Under the pieces are notes generated by a model. It searched no databases. It saw only the letters and a list, made by a program, of their open reading frames with translations, and was not told the DNA's origin. From an uncultured Acidimicrobiaceae bacterium (GTDB lineage: Bacteria > Actinomycetota > Acidimicrobiia > Acidimicrobiales > Bog-793), in NCBI GenBank assembly GCA_963841155.1, contig CAWJBM010000002.1, positions 424,238-488,237 of the forward strand: 64,000 nt of DNA, written 5' to 3'. Each line of letters starts with the position of its first letter. Positions within the stretch are counted from its first letter, which is position 1. Shown here in pieces: positions 37,462-47,268 of this stretch. The position numbers and the translations under genes are program-made.

Positions 37462-38577
37462 TCAAGCGGTCCCGCTCGTCGCGCTGCGCTGCCGGCGAGC
37501 GAAGGGGCGCGGTGCCCGGGCAGAGCCGCGAGCGGCACCGGGCGGGCGGCCGGTGGTGCCGCGCGGGATGAGCTGGCCGCAAACCTCGCCGGTTCTGGTG
37601 ACGACTCCGTCGTCGATGAGCGCCAGGAGGGCACTCGCCGCGTGCATCCCCATCACAACGATGTCCCTCGTCACCGCGGTGAGCGGCGGGTGGACCGCCT
37701 GGGTGTACAGCGAGTCGTCCCACCCGACGAGGGACACGTCTCGTGGGACCGAGAGGCCCATCTCGTGCGCAACCCCGAGGCCCGCGACGGCAAGCACATC
37801 GTTGTCGTAGACGATCGCGGTGGGGGGCCTGCGGTCCGAAAGGAGCTGGCGGGTCACCTGGGCTCCGCTCTCGGCCAGGTAGTCGGTCGTGAGAACCTGT
37901 GGCGAAAGCGAAAGCTCCGCCATGGTCGCAAGGAACGCTTGCGTCCGGGTCTCGGTGTGGAGGAACTCGGGGAAACCTGCGACCCGCGCGATCCGCTCGT
38001 GACCAAGACGCGCGAGGTATCGCACGACCTCGACAACCGCGCCCGCGTCGTCACTCCATACCGCCGAGAGGCTGCCGGTACCCTCAGGACCGCCGATGAC
38101 GACGGCCGGGAGCCCGAGCTGCTCGATCTGCCCGACTCTGGGGTCGACAGTGCGGAGGTCCTTGACGAGCACGCCGTCGACGCGGTGCTCTGCCCACCAG
38201 CGGCGGTGAACCGCCATCTCGGCCTGGACGTCATCGACGACCTGGATGGTGAGACCGACCGAGCGGGAGGACAGTTCGGCCTCGATCCCGGCCAAGAGCT
38301 GCATGAAGAACGGCTCGAAGGCGAGCGTGCGCGCCGGGCGTGTAAGTACCAGTCCGCACGCGCGAGCACGAGCAGCCGAGAGCGCGCGGGCTGCACTGTT
38401 CGGATACCAGCCAAGCTCCTCGGAGATCTCGAGAATGCGACGGCGAGTCGCCTCCGAAATCCCCGGCCTGCCGTTCAGAGCGTACGATACGGCCCCCTTC
38501 GAGACTCCCGCTCGAAGTGCTATGTCGGCTATCGTCACCCGGCGTCGCGGGCTGGTCTCGTGTTGCACAGTCTCCAC
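37462..38577 (-). CDS. LacI-family transcriptional regulator
   Basis: 371 aa. The HTH VTIADIALRAGVSKGAVSYALNGRPGISEATRRRILEISEELGWYPNSAARAL is followed by a periplasmic-binding-protein-like sugar-binding core. Confidence 0.9.
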   Translation of the reverse strand: METVQHETSPRRRVTIADIALRAGVSKGAVSYALNGRPGISEATRRRILEISEELGWYPNSAARALSAARARACGLVLTRPARTLAFEPFFMQLLAGIEAELSSRSVGLTIQVVDDVQAEMAVHRRWWAEHRVDGVLVKDLRTVDPRVGQIEQLGLPAVVIGGPEGTGSLSAVWSDDAGAVVEVVRYLARLGHERIARVAGFPEFLHTETRTQAFLATMAELSLSPQVLTTDYLAESGAQVTRQLLSDRRPPTAIVYDNDVLAVAGLGVAHEMGLSVPRDVSLVGWDDSLYTQAVHPPLTAVTRDIVVMGMHAASALLALIDDGVVTRTGEVCGQLIPRGTTGRPPGAARGSARAPRPFARRQRSATSGTA

Positions 38578-39022
38578 CCGTCAGCCGCCCTGTCAGATCC
38601 AGCGGCTATCACGAAACGTACCAGGCTCGTGACCCGGGCGCGAGCCCCGATCGCGCGACGGCACGCCGAGGCTCGGGCGGCGGCGGCCGGCCGGCCACGT
38701 CGCACGAACCGCAAACGACCGTGCCCCGGTCGCTGCTGAAGCGGTAAAGTCGACCCTTTCCGACAGCTGCGCTCGACCGTGCGGGCGTCGTGGGCCTCCA
38801 TCGGGTCCAACCGCCGACCACCCTCTTGGGACTGGCGACGCCGTCGACGGTGCCGGGCGACGAGCTCACTTTGACCTCTCCGCGCGTCGAGAGCCCGGCC
38901 CGAGCCGTCAAGATCGCACCCTCCCGGACAATGCCGCGACTCTGGCATTTCTCCGGATCAGTCGACCCGTTGGCGCGCGCACAACGAGACGCCCCGCCTG
39001 ATGACCTGACGCGGGAGGTCGA

Positions 39023-40456
39023 CTAGTCCACTTGCTCGCCGGCGAGCTTGGCCCCCACCCTGAACGCCTCCTCGTTTATCGGGATCATTGCACACTTCGC
39101 CTTCAGCGTGGCGCAGATGGCCGTGAGGAACGTCTCCTCCGGAAAGATCTTCGTCGCTCCCTGTAGCGCACCGAGGGCGACGACGTTCTTCACCAGCGCG
39201 GCGCCGAGGTCCTTGGCCACGCTGGCGAAGGGCACCGCCACTGTCCTGACCCCGGTGGCGAGGCCGTCGGGCAAGGCGCTCACGACCGAGCTGTCGTAGA
39301 CGACCATCCCACCGGGCCGCACGGCTGGCCCGAACCTTGCGAGGCTGGGAGCGTTGAACGCCACGAGCACGTGGGGGCGTGGTGCAGCCGGGGACAGCAC
39401 CTCTTTCATGGCCACGTGGACGTCGGCGTACGACGTGCCGCCGCGAGACTCGGGGCCATAGCTCGGGATGTGTGTCGAGTCGTAACCTTCGTTGATCGCG
39501 CCGCTGGTAATGATCATCGCTGCGGTCTGAGCGCCGTCACCTCCGGAACCGGCCAGCTTGAGGCTGATGTCCTCGGGGTCGATGTGCGTCGGGAACCGCT
39601 CGGCGAAGCGCGGTGGGCGCTCGGTCGTCGCGCCCAGCGCTGTCAGCGCCTGTTCCGGATCGAAGCTGGCCGTCGGGATGACCGGGAAGGCCCCCCTGTC
39701 GGTGATGTCCTTCTTCACCCCGAGCGGGAAGATGGGCGCCATGTTGTCCCTTACCCAGTCCTCGGCGGCCTCGGGTTCGAGGCCCAGATGGACCGGGCAC
39801 TCGGAGAGGACCTCGATAAAGGCAAAGCCGGTGCCGGCGACTTGCAGCCCGAGCGCTTTCTTGATGGCGCGCTTGGCGTGTGTCCGCCGCCTGTTGTCGT
39901 ACAGCGCGACCCGCTCGACATAGACGGGCCCGTCCAGGCCCGAGATCAGCTCCGCCATCTTCATCGGCTGGCCGGCCAGGAGCGTCCGGCCCCCCGGCGT
40001 GGTGGTCGTTCGCTGGCCGATGAGGCTCGTGGGAGCCATCTGGCCGCCCGTCATCCCGTAGATGGCGTTGTTGATGAAAATGACCGTTATTGGGATCCCC
40101 AGCTGTGCAGCGCTCACGATCTCGGCCAGGCCGATGGACGCGAGGTCCCCGTCTCCCTGGTAACAGATCACGATCGAGTCCGGGTTCGCCGTCTTGTGAC
40201 CCATCGCCACCGCCGGAGCACGCCCGTGCGCGGCCTGTGAGTTCCCGACGTCGAAGTAGTAGTACATGAACACCGCGCAGCCGACCGGCGAGATCAGGAC
40301 GGTGCGGTCCTGGACGCCGAGCTCGTCGATGGCTTCAGCCAGGTATTTCTGCGCCAGCCCGTGCCCACAGCCGGGGCAGTAGGTCGTCGAGTGGGCGTTG
40401 ACCCCCTCGGCGTGGGCGTGGCGCTCGAACTGACGGTAGAAGACCGAGGTCGGCAT
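39023..40456 (-). CDS. 2-oxoacid:ferredoxin oxidoreductase, fused beta (TPP-binding) and gamma subunits
   Basis: The real start is MPTSVFYRQ at 40456, forming TGATG with the upstream stop. Beta motifs are YCPGCGHG and CYQGDGDLASIG...INNAIYGMTGGQ. The gamma-type domain starts at LKLAGSGGDGAQTAAMII. The 813-aa track ORF (to 41464) is an alternate-frame over-extension. Confidence 0.85.
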   Translation of the reverse strand: MPTSVFYRQFERHAHAEGVNAHSTTYCPGCGHGLAQKYLAEAIDELGVQDRTVLISPVGCAVFMYYYFDVGNSQAAHGRAPAVAMGHKTANPDSIVICYQGDGDLASIGLAEIVSAAQLGIPITVIFINNAIYGMTGGQMAPTSLIGQRTTTTPGGRTLLAGQPMKMAELISGLDGPVYVERVALYDNRRRTHAKRAIKKALGLQVAGTGFAFIEVLSECPVHLGLEPEAAEDWVRDNMAPIFPLGVKKDITDRGAFPVIPTASFDPEQALTALGATTERPPRFAERFPTHIDPEDISLKLAGSGGDGAQTAAMIITSGAINEGYDSTHIPSYGPESRGGTSYADVHVAMKEVLSPAAPRPHVLVAFNAPSLARFGPAVRPGGMVVYDSSVVSALPDGLATGVRTVAVPFASVAKDLGAALVKNVVALGALQGATKIFPEETFLTAICATLKAKCAMIPINEEAFRVGAKLAGEQVD

Positions 40457-41853
40457 CAGCGCACCTCCTCCAGGCTGAGCACGTGCTCGATGATCTCGCC
40501 CTGCGACGGGAGGATCCCACCCATGCGACGGACGTGGCTCATCGGCGGTGGCATGTGGACGTCCGCGTGACTCAGTGCCAGCCGCAGCTCGTCCTCCAGC
40601 TGGCCGCTGCTCGCCTCCACAACGACCAGGCGTTTCACCCGGCCGAGCACAGTCAGGAGGGCCTCGATCGGGAAGGGCCAGAGGGTGACGGGGCGGAAAA
40701 GGCCCACCCTCAGGCCCTTGTCGCGCAGCTCCTTGATGGCGCCCTTGGCCATTTGCGACGGCGTGTTGCAGGCCACGAGGAGGATGTCGGCGTCGTCGCA
40801 GCGGAAGAGGTCGGCCCGCTGCTCCTCGGCGATCATGCGCGCGTACTTCTCGTTCAGGCGGATGTTGTGCTGCTCGAGCTCCACCTCCGAGAGGTTGACC
40901 GAGCAGATCAGGTTGCCCCGATGCGAGCGGTCGCCGAACACAGCCCACTCGGGAATCCCCGGAGCCACCATCTGGCGCGGCAGCCGCACCTTCCCGGTTA
41001 TCTGGCCGAGATAGCCGTCCCCGAGGATCACGACCGGGTTTCGGTACTTGAAGGCGAGCTCGAATGAGACCATCGCGAGGTCCAGCATCTCCTGCGGCGT
41101 CGCCGGGGCGAGCGCGATGGCGTGGGTGTTCCCGTGGCCGAGGCCGCGGCACACCAGCTTGATGTCCGCCTGCTCGGGCCCGATGCTGCCCAGCCCTGGC
41201 CCGCCGCGCATGAGGTTCACGAACACCGCTGGAACCTCTGCCCCGATCATGTACGAGATCCCCTCCAGCATCAGGCTGAAGCCCGGTGAGCTGGTGAAAG
41301 TCATGCAGCGCTTCCCGGCTCCGCCGGCGCCGTACATCATGTTGACCGTGGCAACCTCGCTTACGGCCTGGACGAAGACGCCGTCGAGCTCGGGTAGCAC
41401 CTTCGCCATCATCTCGGCGCCCTCGGTCGACGGGGTTATCGGGTAGCCGTAGACGTGGCGGCAACCGGCAAGGATCGCGCCCACCGCGGCTGCGTAGGTC
41501 CCCTTGACGATGAGCGGCTCCCGCTCCGGCAAACTGACCGTGGTGTCGGGTCGGGGCTCCGGCTGCGGTACGTCGAAGGGCCGCGGGCCCAGAAGCATCT
41601 TGGGGTCCACCAACTCGAAAGCCGCCTCATCGCCTTGCGGTCGGAGACCGTAGGGCTCCGGGCAGGCGTCGATGCAGAGATCACAGCCGTTGCACTGCGT
41701 CAGGTCCAGAACGACCGGGATCAGCCCCGTCTCCGGGTTGATCTCGGTACCGATCGCGATGCAGCCCTTAGGGCACGAACTGATGCAGCGCCCACAGCCC
41801 TTGCAGTACTCCGGCACGACGAAGGGCTTGGGTCGTTCGACCACTCTGGTCAT
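40456..41853 (-). CDS. 2-oxoacid:ferredoxin oxidoreductase, fused delta (2x[4Fe-4S] ferredoxin) and alpha subunits
   Basis: Two CxxCxxCxxxCP motifs (CKGCGRCISSCP and CNGCDLCIDACP) are followed by the alpha-subunit core (GYPITPSTEGAE, TFTSSPGFSLM). I prefer the ATG at 41853 (MTRVVERPKP) because AGGAGG lies 8 nt upstream. The track start is 41880. Confidence 0.85.
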   Translation of the reverse strand: MTRVVERPKPFVVPEYCKGCGRCISSCPKGCIAIGTEINPETGLIPVVLDLTQCNGCDLCIDACPEPYGLRPQGDEAAFELVDPKMLLGPRPFDVPQPEPRPDTTVSLPEREPLIVKGTYAAAVGAILAGCRHVYGYPITPSTEGAEMMAKVLPELDGVFVQAVSEVATVNMMYGAGGAGKRCMTFTSSPGFSLMLEGISYMIGAEVPAVFVNLMRGGPGLGSIGPEQADIKLVCRGLGHGNTHAIALAPATPQEMLDLAMVSFELAFKYRNPVVILGDGYLGQITGKVRLPRQMVAPGIPEWAVFGDRSHRGNLICSVNLSEVELEQHNIRLNEKYARMIAEEQRADLFRCDDADILLVACNTPSQMAKGAIKELRDKGLRVGLFRPVTLWPFPIEALLTVLGRVKRLVVVEASSGQLEDELRLALSHADVHMPPPMSHVRRMGGILPSQGEIIEHVLSLEEVR

Positions 41854-42329
41854 GGCACCACCTCCTGCAGGGGCTGGCATCGTGCCACGCAGATGCTTCA
41901 GGCACCCGCTCTGTATCTGCCAGAGGACGCGCCCACAGTTTCGTGGGCGCGGCGCAGCTCGAACCGGGCGCAGCCGTGCTGCGCCCGCCAGCAGGGTGAG
42001 AGCGGGCCCTGGACATCGTGCAAGGAGCTGCTCGCATTGCCAGAACCGGACAAGACGCTTTCACCTGTTCCATCTTCGACCCGTGCGCTTGGCCCGGCTA
42101 GGCCCGAAAGACTCTTTCGACGGTCCAGGATCTCCGGCCGCGCAAGAACGAGCGTGCGCACTCACAGGTCGGTTGGGCCCTCGGCCCCAACCTGCCACCG
42201 CCCGACACCGCCGGCATGAGGCTTGACCCGGTCCCGGGGTGGAATACCCGAGTGACCTTCGACCCTACAACCCCGCTGGCAACTACAGGAGACTGGACGG
42301 GTAGAGGGCCTGCACAGGGGATCGGGAAC

Positions 42330-44579
42330 ATGAGCGAGAGAGGCGCCGAGGGATCGGAGGAAGTCCTGCGCATCAGTCGCCGTGTCGGGATCCACACCCT
42401 TGAGGGCGCCCAAGCCGAGACCGACCGGTATCTCGACGCCGTGCTGCGGGACCGCTCCGACGCGGCCCGGGGCGCTCTGGACCCGTTCCTGTGCCCTCAC
42501 GCGATCGCAGTGGTCGGGGCCAGCGCTGATCCGAACACGATCGCGGGCTTGCTCTTCGGCAACCTGGTCGAAAGCCACTTTGGCGGCATCGTGTTGCCCG
42601 TGAACAAGAAACATCCGACGGTGCAGGGTATTGCCGCCTATCCGGATCTGGCCTCTTGCCCAGTCGTCCCCGATCTCGTCATCGTCTGCGTGCCGGCCCC
42701 CGCCGTTCCCAGTGTGGTCGCCCAAGCCGGTGCTCTCGGCGTCAAAGCGGTGTGCGTCATCTCAGCCGGGTTCGCGGAGACCGGCGCAGAGGGGGCTGCT
42801 CTCCAGGCCGATCTCGTGCAGGAAGCTGTCGCGCGCGGCGTGAGGCTTGTCGGCCCGAATTGCACGGGGATACTCAGCGGTACCGCCGACGCACGATTCA
42901 ACGCGACCTTCAGCCGGGCCGTCCCCCCGCCAGGCAGGACGTCCCTGCTCAGCCAGTCAGGCGCAATTGGGCTCGCAGTGCTGGAGGCGGCGGAGGTCCG
43001 CGGCCTTGGGATCGGCGGGTTCGTGTCGGTGGGCAACAGTACCGATGTCGCCAGCAACGACCTGCTCCTGTACTGGGGCCAAGATCCCGCCACCGACCTG
43101 ATCCTGCTCTATCTGGAGGAGATCCAAGACCCGCGGTGGTTCACCCGGATCGCCCGATGGGTCGGCAGCCGCGTCCCCATCGTGGCGGTGAAGGCGGCCC
43201 GGACGCAGGCCGGCTGTCGTGCGGCGGCGTCGCACACTGCAGCGCTCTCCGGCGGCGACGTGGCGGTGGATGCCCTGCTCCACCAGGCGGGCGTCATCCG
43301 TGCCGAATCCATCGAGGAGATGCTCGACCTCGCCACGATGTTGAGCTCGCAGCGGCGGTTCCGAGGACGTCGAGTGGCCGTTGTGACCAATGGGGGCGGC
43401 CCGGGCATTCTCGCCGCAGACGCCTGCGAGACCAACGGGCTCGTCGTGCCCGAGCTCACCGGTCTCACCGCGGAGCGTCTGCGGTCCCTGCTGCCTCCGG
43501 AGGCGAGCGTGTCCAACCCTGTCGACATGATCGCCAGCGCCACCGCACAGCAGTACGGCCAGGCGGTCCGCATCCTCGGGGCTGCACCGGAGATCGACGC
43601 GCTGATCGTGGTGTTCAACACACCCCTGCTCACTCGCTCCTCGGAGGTGGCCGACGAGCTGATCGCCGCCCGTGCTGAGCTCGGCAGGGACGTGCCGCTG
43701 GTCACGGTGTTCATGAACCGGGAGGGCCCGCCGTGGGTGCTGCGCGAGGCAGGAATCCCGTCGTTCGCGTTCCCGGAGAACGCGGCGCGCGCCCTCGGGC
43801 GGAGCGTCGCATGGCAAGGCCGGCGGGGTCGACCGACAGGCAGGCTGCTTCGACCCGACGTCGACGCCCACCGCGTCGGCCGGCTCGTGGCCGCGGCCTT
43901 TGGCCGCGCGAGCGACGGCTGGCTGGCGGCGGCCGACGCCCAGGCTCTGCTCGACGCGTATGGCATCGCAGCCGCCCGTGCCATGTATGTACGCACCCCG
44001 GACGAGGCCGGGGCGGCCCAGATCGAGCTCGGGTGCACGGTGGTCGTCAAGGTTGCTGCCGCTATCCACAAGAGCGATGTCGGCGGCGTCCGGCTCGGGG
44101 TGACAACACCCGCCGCAGCCGCGGATGCGGTGCGGGCGATTCGCGCCGACCTGGAATCGGCCGGGCTCGGCGGGGTGGCGGGCGAGCTCCTCGTGCAGGA
44201 GCAAGTCGAGTCGGGGCAGGAGATGATCGTGGGTGTCAACCACGACCCCCTGCTCGGCGCAGTCGTGATGGTCGGTCTGGGCGGCAAGCTCGTCGAGGTG
44301 CTGGGGGACGTCGCTTTGCGTATCGCACCGCTCACCGACAACGACATCGAGGAGATGCTGCAGTCGCTGAAGTCGTACCGGCTGCTGACCGGCTACCGGG
44401 GGGCGCCCGCTCTCGACGTCGACGCGCTGCGCCAAGTGCTTCACCGGGTCTCCGCACTTGTCGATGACCTGCCGGAGATCGCCGAGATGGACCTCAACCC
44501 GGTGTTTGTCCTCGAAAAGGGGGCCGTGGCGGCCGACGTGCGCATTCGTCTCGGCGACCGTTCCTCATCACCATCCTGA
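42330..44579 (+). CDS. ADP-forming acyl-CoA synthetase (fused alpha/beta, NDP-forming ACD family)
   Basis: CoA-binding domain (IAVVGASADPNTIAG ... VCVPAPAVPSVV), a succinyl-CoA-synthetase-like ligase domain (LVGPNCTGIL) and a C-terminal ATP-grasp. The track ORF starts at 42216. The start is uncertain; ATG 42330 is chosen. Confidence 0.85.
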   Translation: MSERGAEGSEEVLRISRRVGIHTLEGAQAETDRYLDAVLRDRSDAARGALDPFLCPHAIAVVGASADPNTIAGLLFGNLVESHFGGIVLPVNKKHPTVQGIAAYPDLASCPVVPDLVIVCVPAPAVPSVVAQAGALGVKAVCVISAGFAETGAEGAALQADLVQEAVARGVRLVGPNCTGILSGTADARFNATFSRAVPPPGRTSLLSQSGAIGLAVLEAAEVRGLGIGGFVSVGNSTDVASNDLLLYWGQDPATDLILLYLEEIQDPRWFTRIARWVGSRVPIVAVKAARTQAGCRAAASHTAALSGGDVAVDALLHQAGVIRAESIEEMLDLATMLSSQRRFRGRRVAVVTNGGGPGILAADACETNGLVVPELTGLTAERLRSLLPPEASVSNPVDMIASATAQQYGQAVRILGAAPEIDALIVVFNTPLLTRSSEVADELIAARAELGRDVPLVTVFMNREGPPWVLREAGIPSFAFPENAARALGRSVAWQGRRGRPTGRLLRPDVDAHRVGRLVAAAFGRASDGWLAAADAQALLDAYGIAAARAMYVRTPDEAGAAQIELGCTVVVKVAAAIHKSDVGGVRLGVTTPAAAADAVRAIRADLESAGLGGVAGELLVQEQVESGQEMIVGVNHDPLLGAVVMVGLGGKLVEVLGDVALRIAPLTDNDIEEMLQSLKSYRLLTGYRGAPALDVDALRQVLHRVSALVDDLPEIAEMDLNPVFVLEKGAVAADVRIRLGDRSSSPS

Positions 44580-44869
44580 GTGCGGTCCACACTCCCGTCA
44601 CGGCGTGGTTTGCTGCTCCTTTCACTGCCTCTTCTCCAATGCCTCATCGGTGTTGACCGCTACCACGAAGGCTCAGCTCAACACCCTGGCCAGGGAGATC
44701 ACCGCCGGCGGCCTGGTCGCGGAACCAACGCCAGGCAGTTTGGCAATGGCGGGCGGGTTTGGAGCCACTCCAAGTCGACCGCCCCGGTCAGCCGGACGTC
44801 GTCGCTGTCGAGATCGGTGAAGAGCATCGGTCCGCCCGGCGCGCGCCCGAACTGGCTCGGGAGGACGCC

Positions 44870-45334
44870 TCCCGCCGGTTCAGGCCTCTACGACCCTGGG
44901 ATCGTCCAGGATGTTCACTTGTCGCAGCACACGACCACCTTTGAGGTCCGTGGTCTGCACGATCACATAGCCGGGTGATTCGCCGCTGGTGCTTGACCGG
45001 TGGCACAGGCGCGCCCGCCGCACGAAGGACCGGACGAAACCTCGTCTAGGGAGATGTTCTCAATCGTGTTCTCGCCGTAATGGGTGAAGACCCCGGCCCA
45101 GAAGTCGAAGACGGCCCCCCGACCCCGGAGCGAGCCTCCCCAGTGCAGCGGGGGAGGCGGACCGTACTCAACGTCTGCGGCAAACAGAGCGAAGACGACT
45201 TCGAGATCTCCACGGTTGAAGGCGTCGCCGGCGCGGTCGAAAGCGGACCGGAGGACGCGGCTGCGAATCGGCTCGGGAAGCCGCGTAAGAGCCCGTGCCA
45301 CGAATGCAGCCAATCCGGGAGCGCTTACCTCCAC
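44870..45334 (-). pseudogene. SnoaL-like/NTF2-fold protein with a probable frameshift near 45040
   Basis: One frame reads AFDRAGDAFNRGDLEVVFALFAADVEYGPP ... AVFDFWAGVFTHYGENTIENISLDEV. After a shift it continues FVRRARLCHRSSTSGESPGYVIVQTTDLKGGRVLRQVNILDDPRVVEA*. The start codon is unresolved. Confidence 0.45.
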
Positions 45335-45677
45335 TCTGTCGGTCAGGGGGCGTCGGCACTCCTGCGTCGACGCGGATACTACGTTTCGTGTTCGTTCTGG
45401 GCCTGGGCGGTTCTGGCGCGACACTCGTTGCGACCGGGCGTGGAGCTCTGGGCCGATCCGACCCCTTGGGTTCCCTGCCGGTGCGCCGGCGATACCCGGC
45501 GACTCGGCGTCGGACGCGTCGAGCTGGACCCGCAGAGGCGCTGACCACGGTGTGCAATGGCGTCGAGTCGACACTCAGCTGCACTACCTTGCTCTTCGCG
45601 GGACGATGGTGCACAGGAGCTGGTCGTCGGCGCTGGCCCCAGGCGAGGCGCGTCGTGACCCAGGAGAGAGGAGAGTC

Positions 45678-46409
45678 ATGATCCGCAAGTACGCCGCCGA
45701 GCTGATAGGTACCGCGCTGCTCGTCTATTTCGGGGTCGGAGTGGCAACGCTCTCGTTCGGCTTTCACGTCGCTGGAAGCAGCTTCTCCGCTGGCGTCGTC
45801 GCGACGGCGCTCGCGTTCGGGCTCACACTTCTGGCGCTGGTCTACGCCATCGGCCCGATCTCAGGCTGCCACGTGAACCCAGCAGTGACGATCGGCGCTC
45901 TCTTTGCAGGCCGTATCGGTCCACTCGACGCGATCGGCTACTGGATCGCACAGTTCGTCGGCGGCGTGGTCGGGGCACTCGTGTTGTGGGCGACATTCAG
46001 CGCCTCTCCGCTGTACTCGAGGACCTCGACCGGTCTCGGGACCGACGGCTGGGGGGCTGCGAGCCACATCCACATCAGCGCGAGTGGCGCTTTCCTCGCC
46101 GAGATCGTGCTCACAGCGTTCTTCGTGCTCATGATTCTCCGGGTCACGGCGAAGGGCGCAAACGCGGCGACTGCGGGCGTCGCCATCGGGCTCACGCTCA
46201 CCGTCGTCCACCTCATCGGCATCCCGATCACCGGGACGTCGGTGAACCCCGCGCGGAGCCTCGGCCCGGCCCTGATCGTCGGTGGGACCGCGCTGCGGCA
46301 GGTGTGGCTCTTCATCGTCGCCCCGCTCGTCGGCGGCATCCTCGCCGCGGCAGTCGAGCGCGTGCTCGCAGCGAGCAAGCAAACCGCCGAGGCACCGAAG
46401 CCCGCGTAA
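45678..46409 (+). CDS. aqpZ: Aquaporin Z-type MIP channel
   Basis: Real start MIRKYAAELIGTALLVYFG at 45678, with a GAGAGGAGAG SD just upstream. Two NPA boxes (HVNPAVT and SVNPARS). The track ORF (45084..) is an upstream over-extension. Confidence 0.9.
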   Translation: MIRKYAAELIGTALLVYFGVGVATLSFGFHVAGSSFSAGVVATALAFGLTLLALVYAIGPISGCHVNPAVTIGALFAGRIGPLDAIGYWIAQFVGGVVGALVLWATFSASPLYSRTSTGLGTDGWGAASHIHISASGAFLAEIVLTAFFVLMILRVTAKGANAATAGVAIGLTLTVVHLIGIPITGTSVNPARSLGPALIVGGTALRQVWLFIVAPLVGGILAAAVERVLAASKQTAEAPKPA

Positions 46410-46462
46410 CTCATCTCCAACGCTTGGTCGAGATCGGGAAGCGAGCCTCTAAAGGAGCTCGG

Positions 46463-46963
46463 CTAGCGCCCTTGACTGTCGCAATCGACGTGCGGTGACG
46501 CGCACCGCTGTTCACGTGCAGAGCCAGACGCGATCACCTGAGCGATCGACTGTTCCCAGTCGTCGAGGAAGTCCGCGTAGTGCGCCTCGAACCGGTACAG
46601 CCGGCCGTTTGCCTCGGGCTTCAACGCCGTGAGGTCGTAGCCAACCGTCACCGTGGTTCCGCCCGTCGAGGGTTGACAGCTCACGGTGACGGTCCCGGCG
46701 CGATCCCCCGGTGTGGCCACGCTGTACCCGATCGCCGTTCCAGGCACGAAGCGGACGACCGTCCAGATCGACCGGTAGCCGGCGTGGCCGGTCTCGAACA
46801 CGACTCCGGGCTCGGTGTCATCCGTCGCTGCGCCCGGGAATTCAGGTGTCCAGCCGCGTGCCCAGGCACGTTCGCCATTTGGGGTGAACAGGGCGAACGC
46901 CTGCCGAAGCGGAAGGGCCACTTCAATGGAGCCGGTCAGCTTCACGCGTGCGCACGCCGTCAC
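46463..46963 (-). CDS. SRPBCC (START/polyketide-cyclase-like) family protein
   Basis: 166 aa. The pattern VKLTGSIEVALPLRQAFALFTPNGERAWARGW ... IWTVV ... is typical of SRPBCC ligand-binding proteins. Confidence 0.8.
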   Translation of the reverse strand: MTACARVKLTGSIEVALPLRQAFALFTPNGERAWARGWTPEFPGAATDDTEPGVVFETGHAGYRSIWTVVRFVPGTAIGYSVATPGDRAGTVTVSCQPSTGGTTVTVGYDLTALKPEANGRLYRFEAHYADFLDDWEQSIAQVIASGSAREQRCASPHVDCDSQGR

Positions 46964-47220
46964 TTTTCCGCCTCCTCATCTGGGCTGTGGAGGTGGTGGC
47001 TGTCCTCGGCAGTCAGATCCAGACCGTAGACCTGCCTGAGGCGCTCGATGACCGCCACCGTCGAATCGTCGAAGGGGGGCTCCTGCGCGAACGCGTGCAG
47101 CACGATGCCCTCGAGCAAGTCACCCAACGACAGGTCGAAGTACTCGGCTAGTCCCTTGAGGACCTTCAGCAGCCTGCGCTCGACTCGGACGCCAGTCTGC
47201 ACACGTTCTATCGTTACCAT
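46960..47220 (-). CDS. Small conserved protein, probable ribbon-helix-helix DNA-binding fold
   Basis: 86 aa. A beta-strand-like TGVRVERRLL is followed by two helices (KVLKGLAEYF and SLGDLLEGIVLHAF). Its stop overlaps the SRPBCC start by 4 nt (46960-46963). Confidence 0.6.
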   Translation of the reverse strand: MVTIERVQTGVRVERRLLKVLKGLAEYFDLSLGDLLEGIVLHAFAQEPPFDDSTVAVIERLRQVYGLDLTAEDSHHLHSPDEEAEK

Positions 47221-47268
47221 TACACCATTGTACCACGGTAACCTCTACGTTCGGCCCCGGGGTGCGCC

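Noticed and set aside
38578-39022. ORFs in the LacI to OFOR intergenic region (38535..38948, 38609..38911, 38790..39026)
   Set aside because: They are Arg/Pro-rich with no motifs. The region is more plausibly the LacI promoter and the OFOR terminator space.
39023-41464. 813-aa ORF in the track spanning both OFOR genes
   Set aside because: Only the last 477 codons (from MPTSVFYRQ at 40456) are OFOR beta/gamma-like. The first ~336 codons are an Arg/Pro/Gly-rich alternate frame of the alpha-subunit gene.
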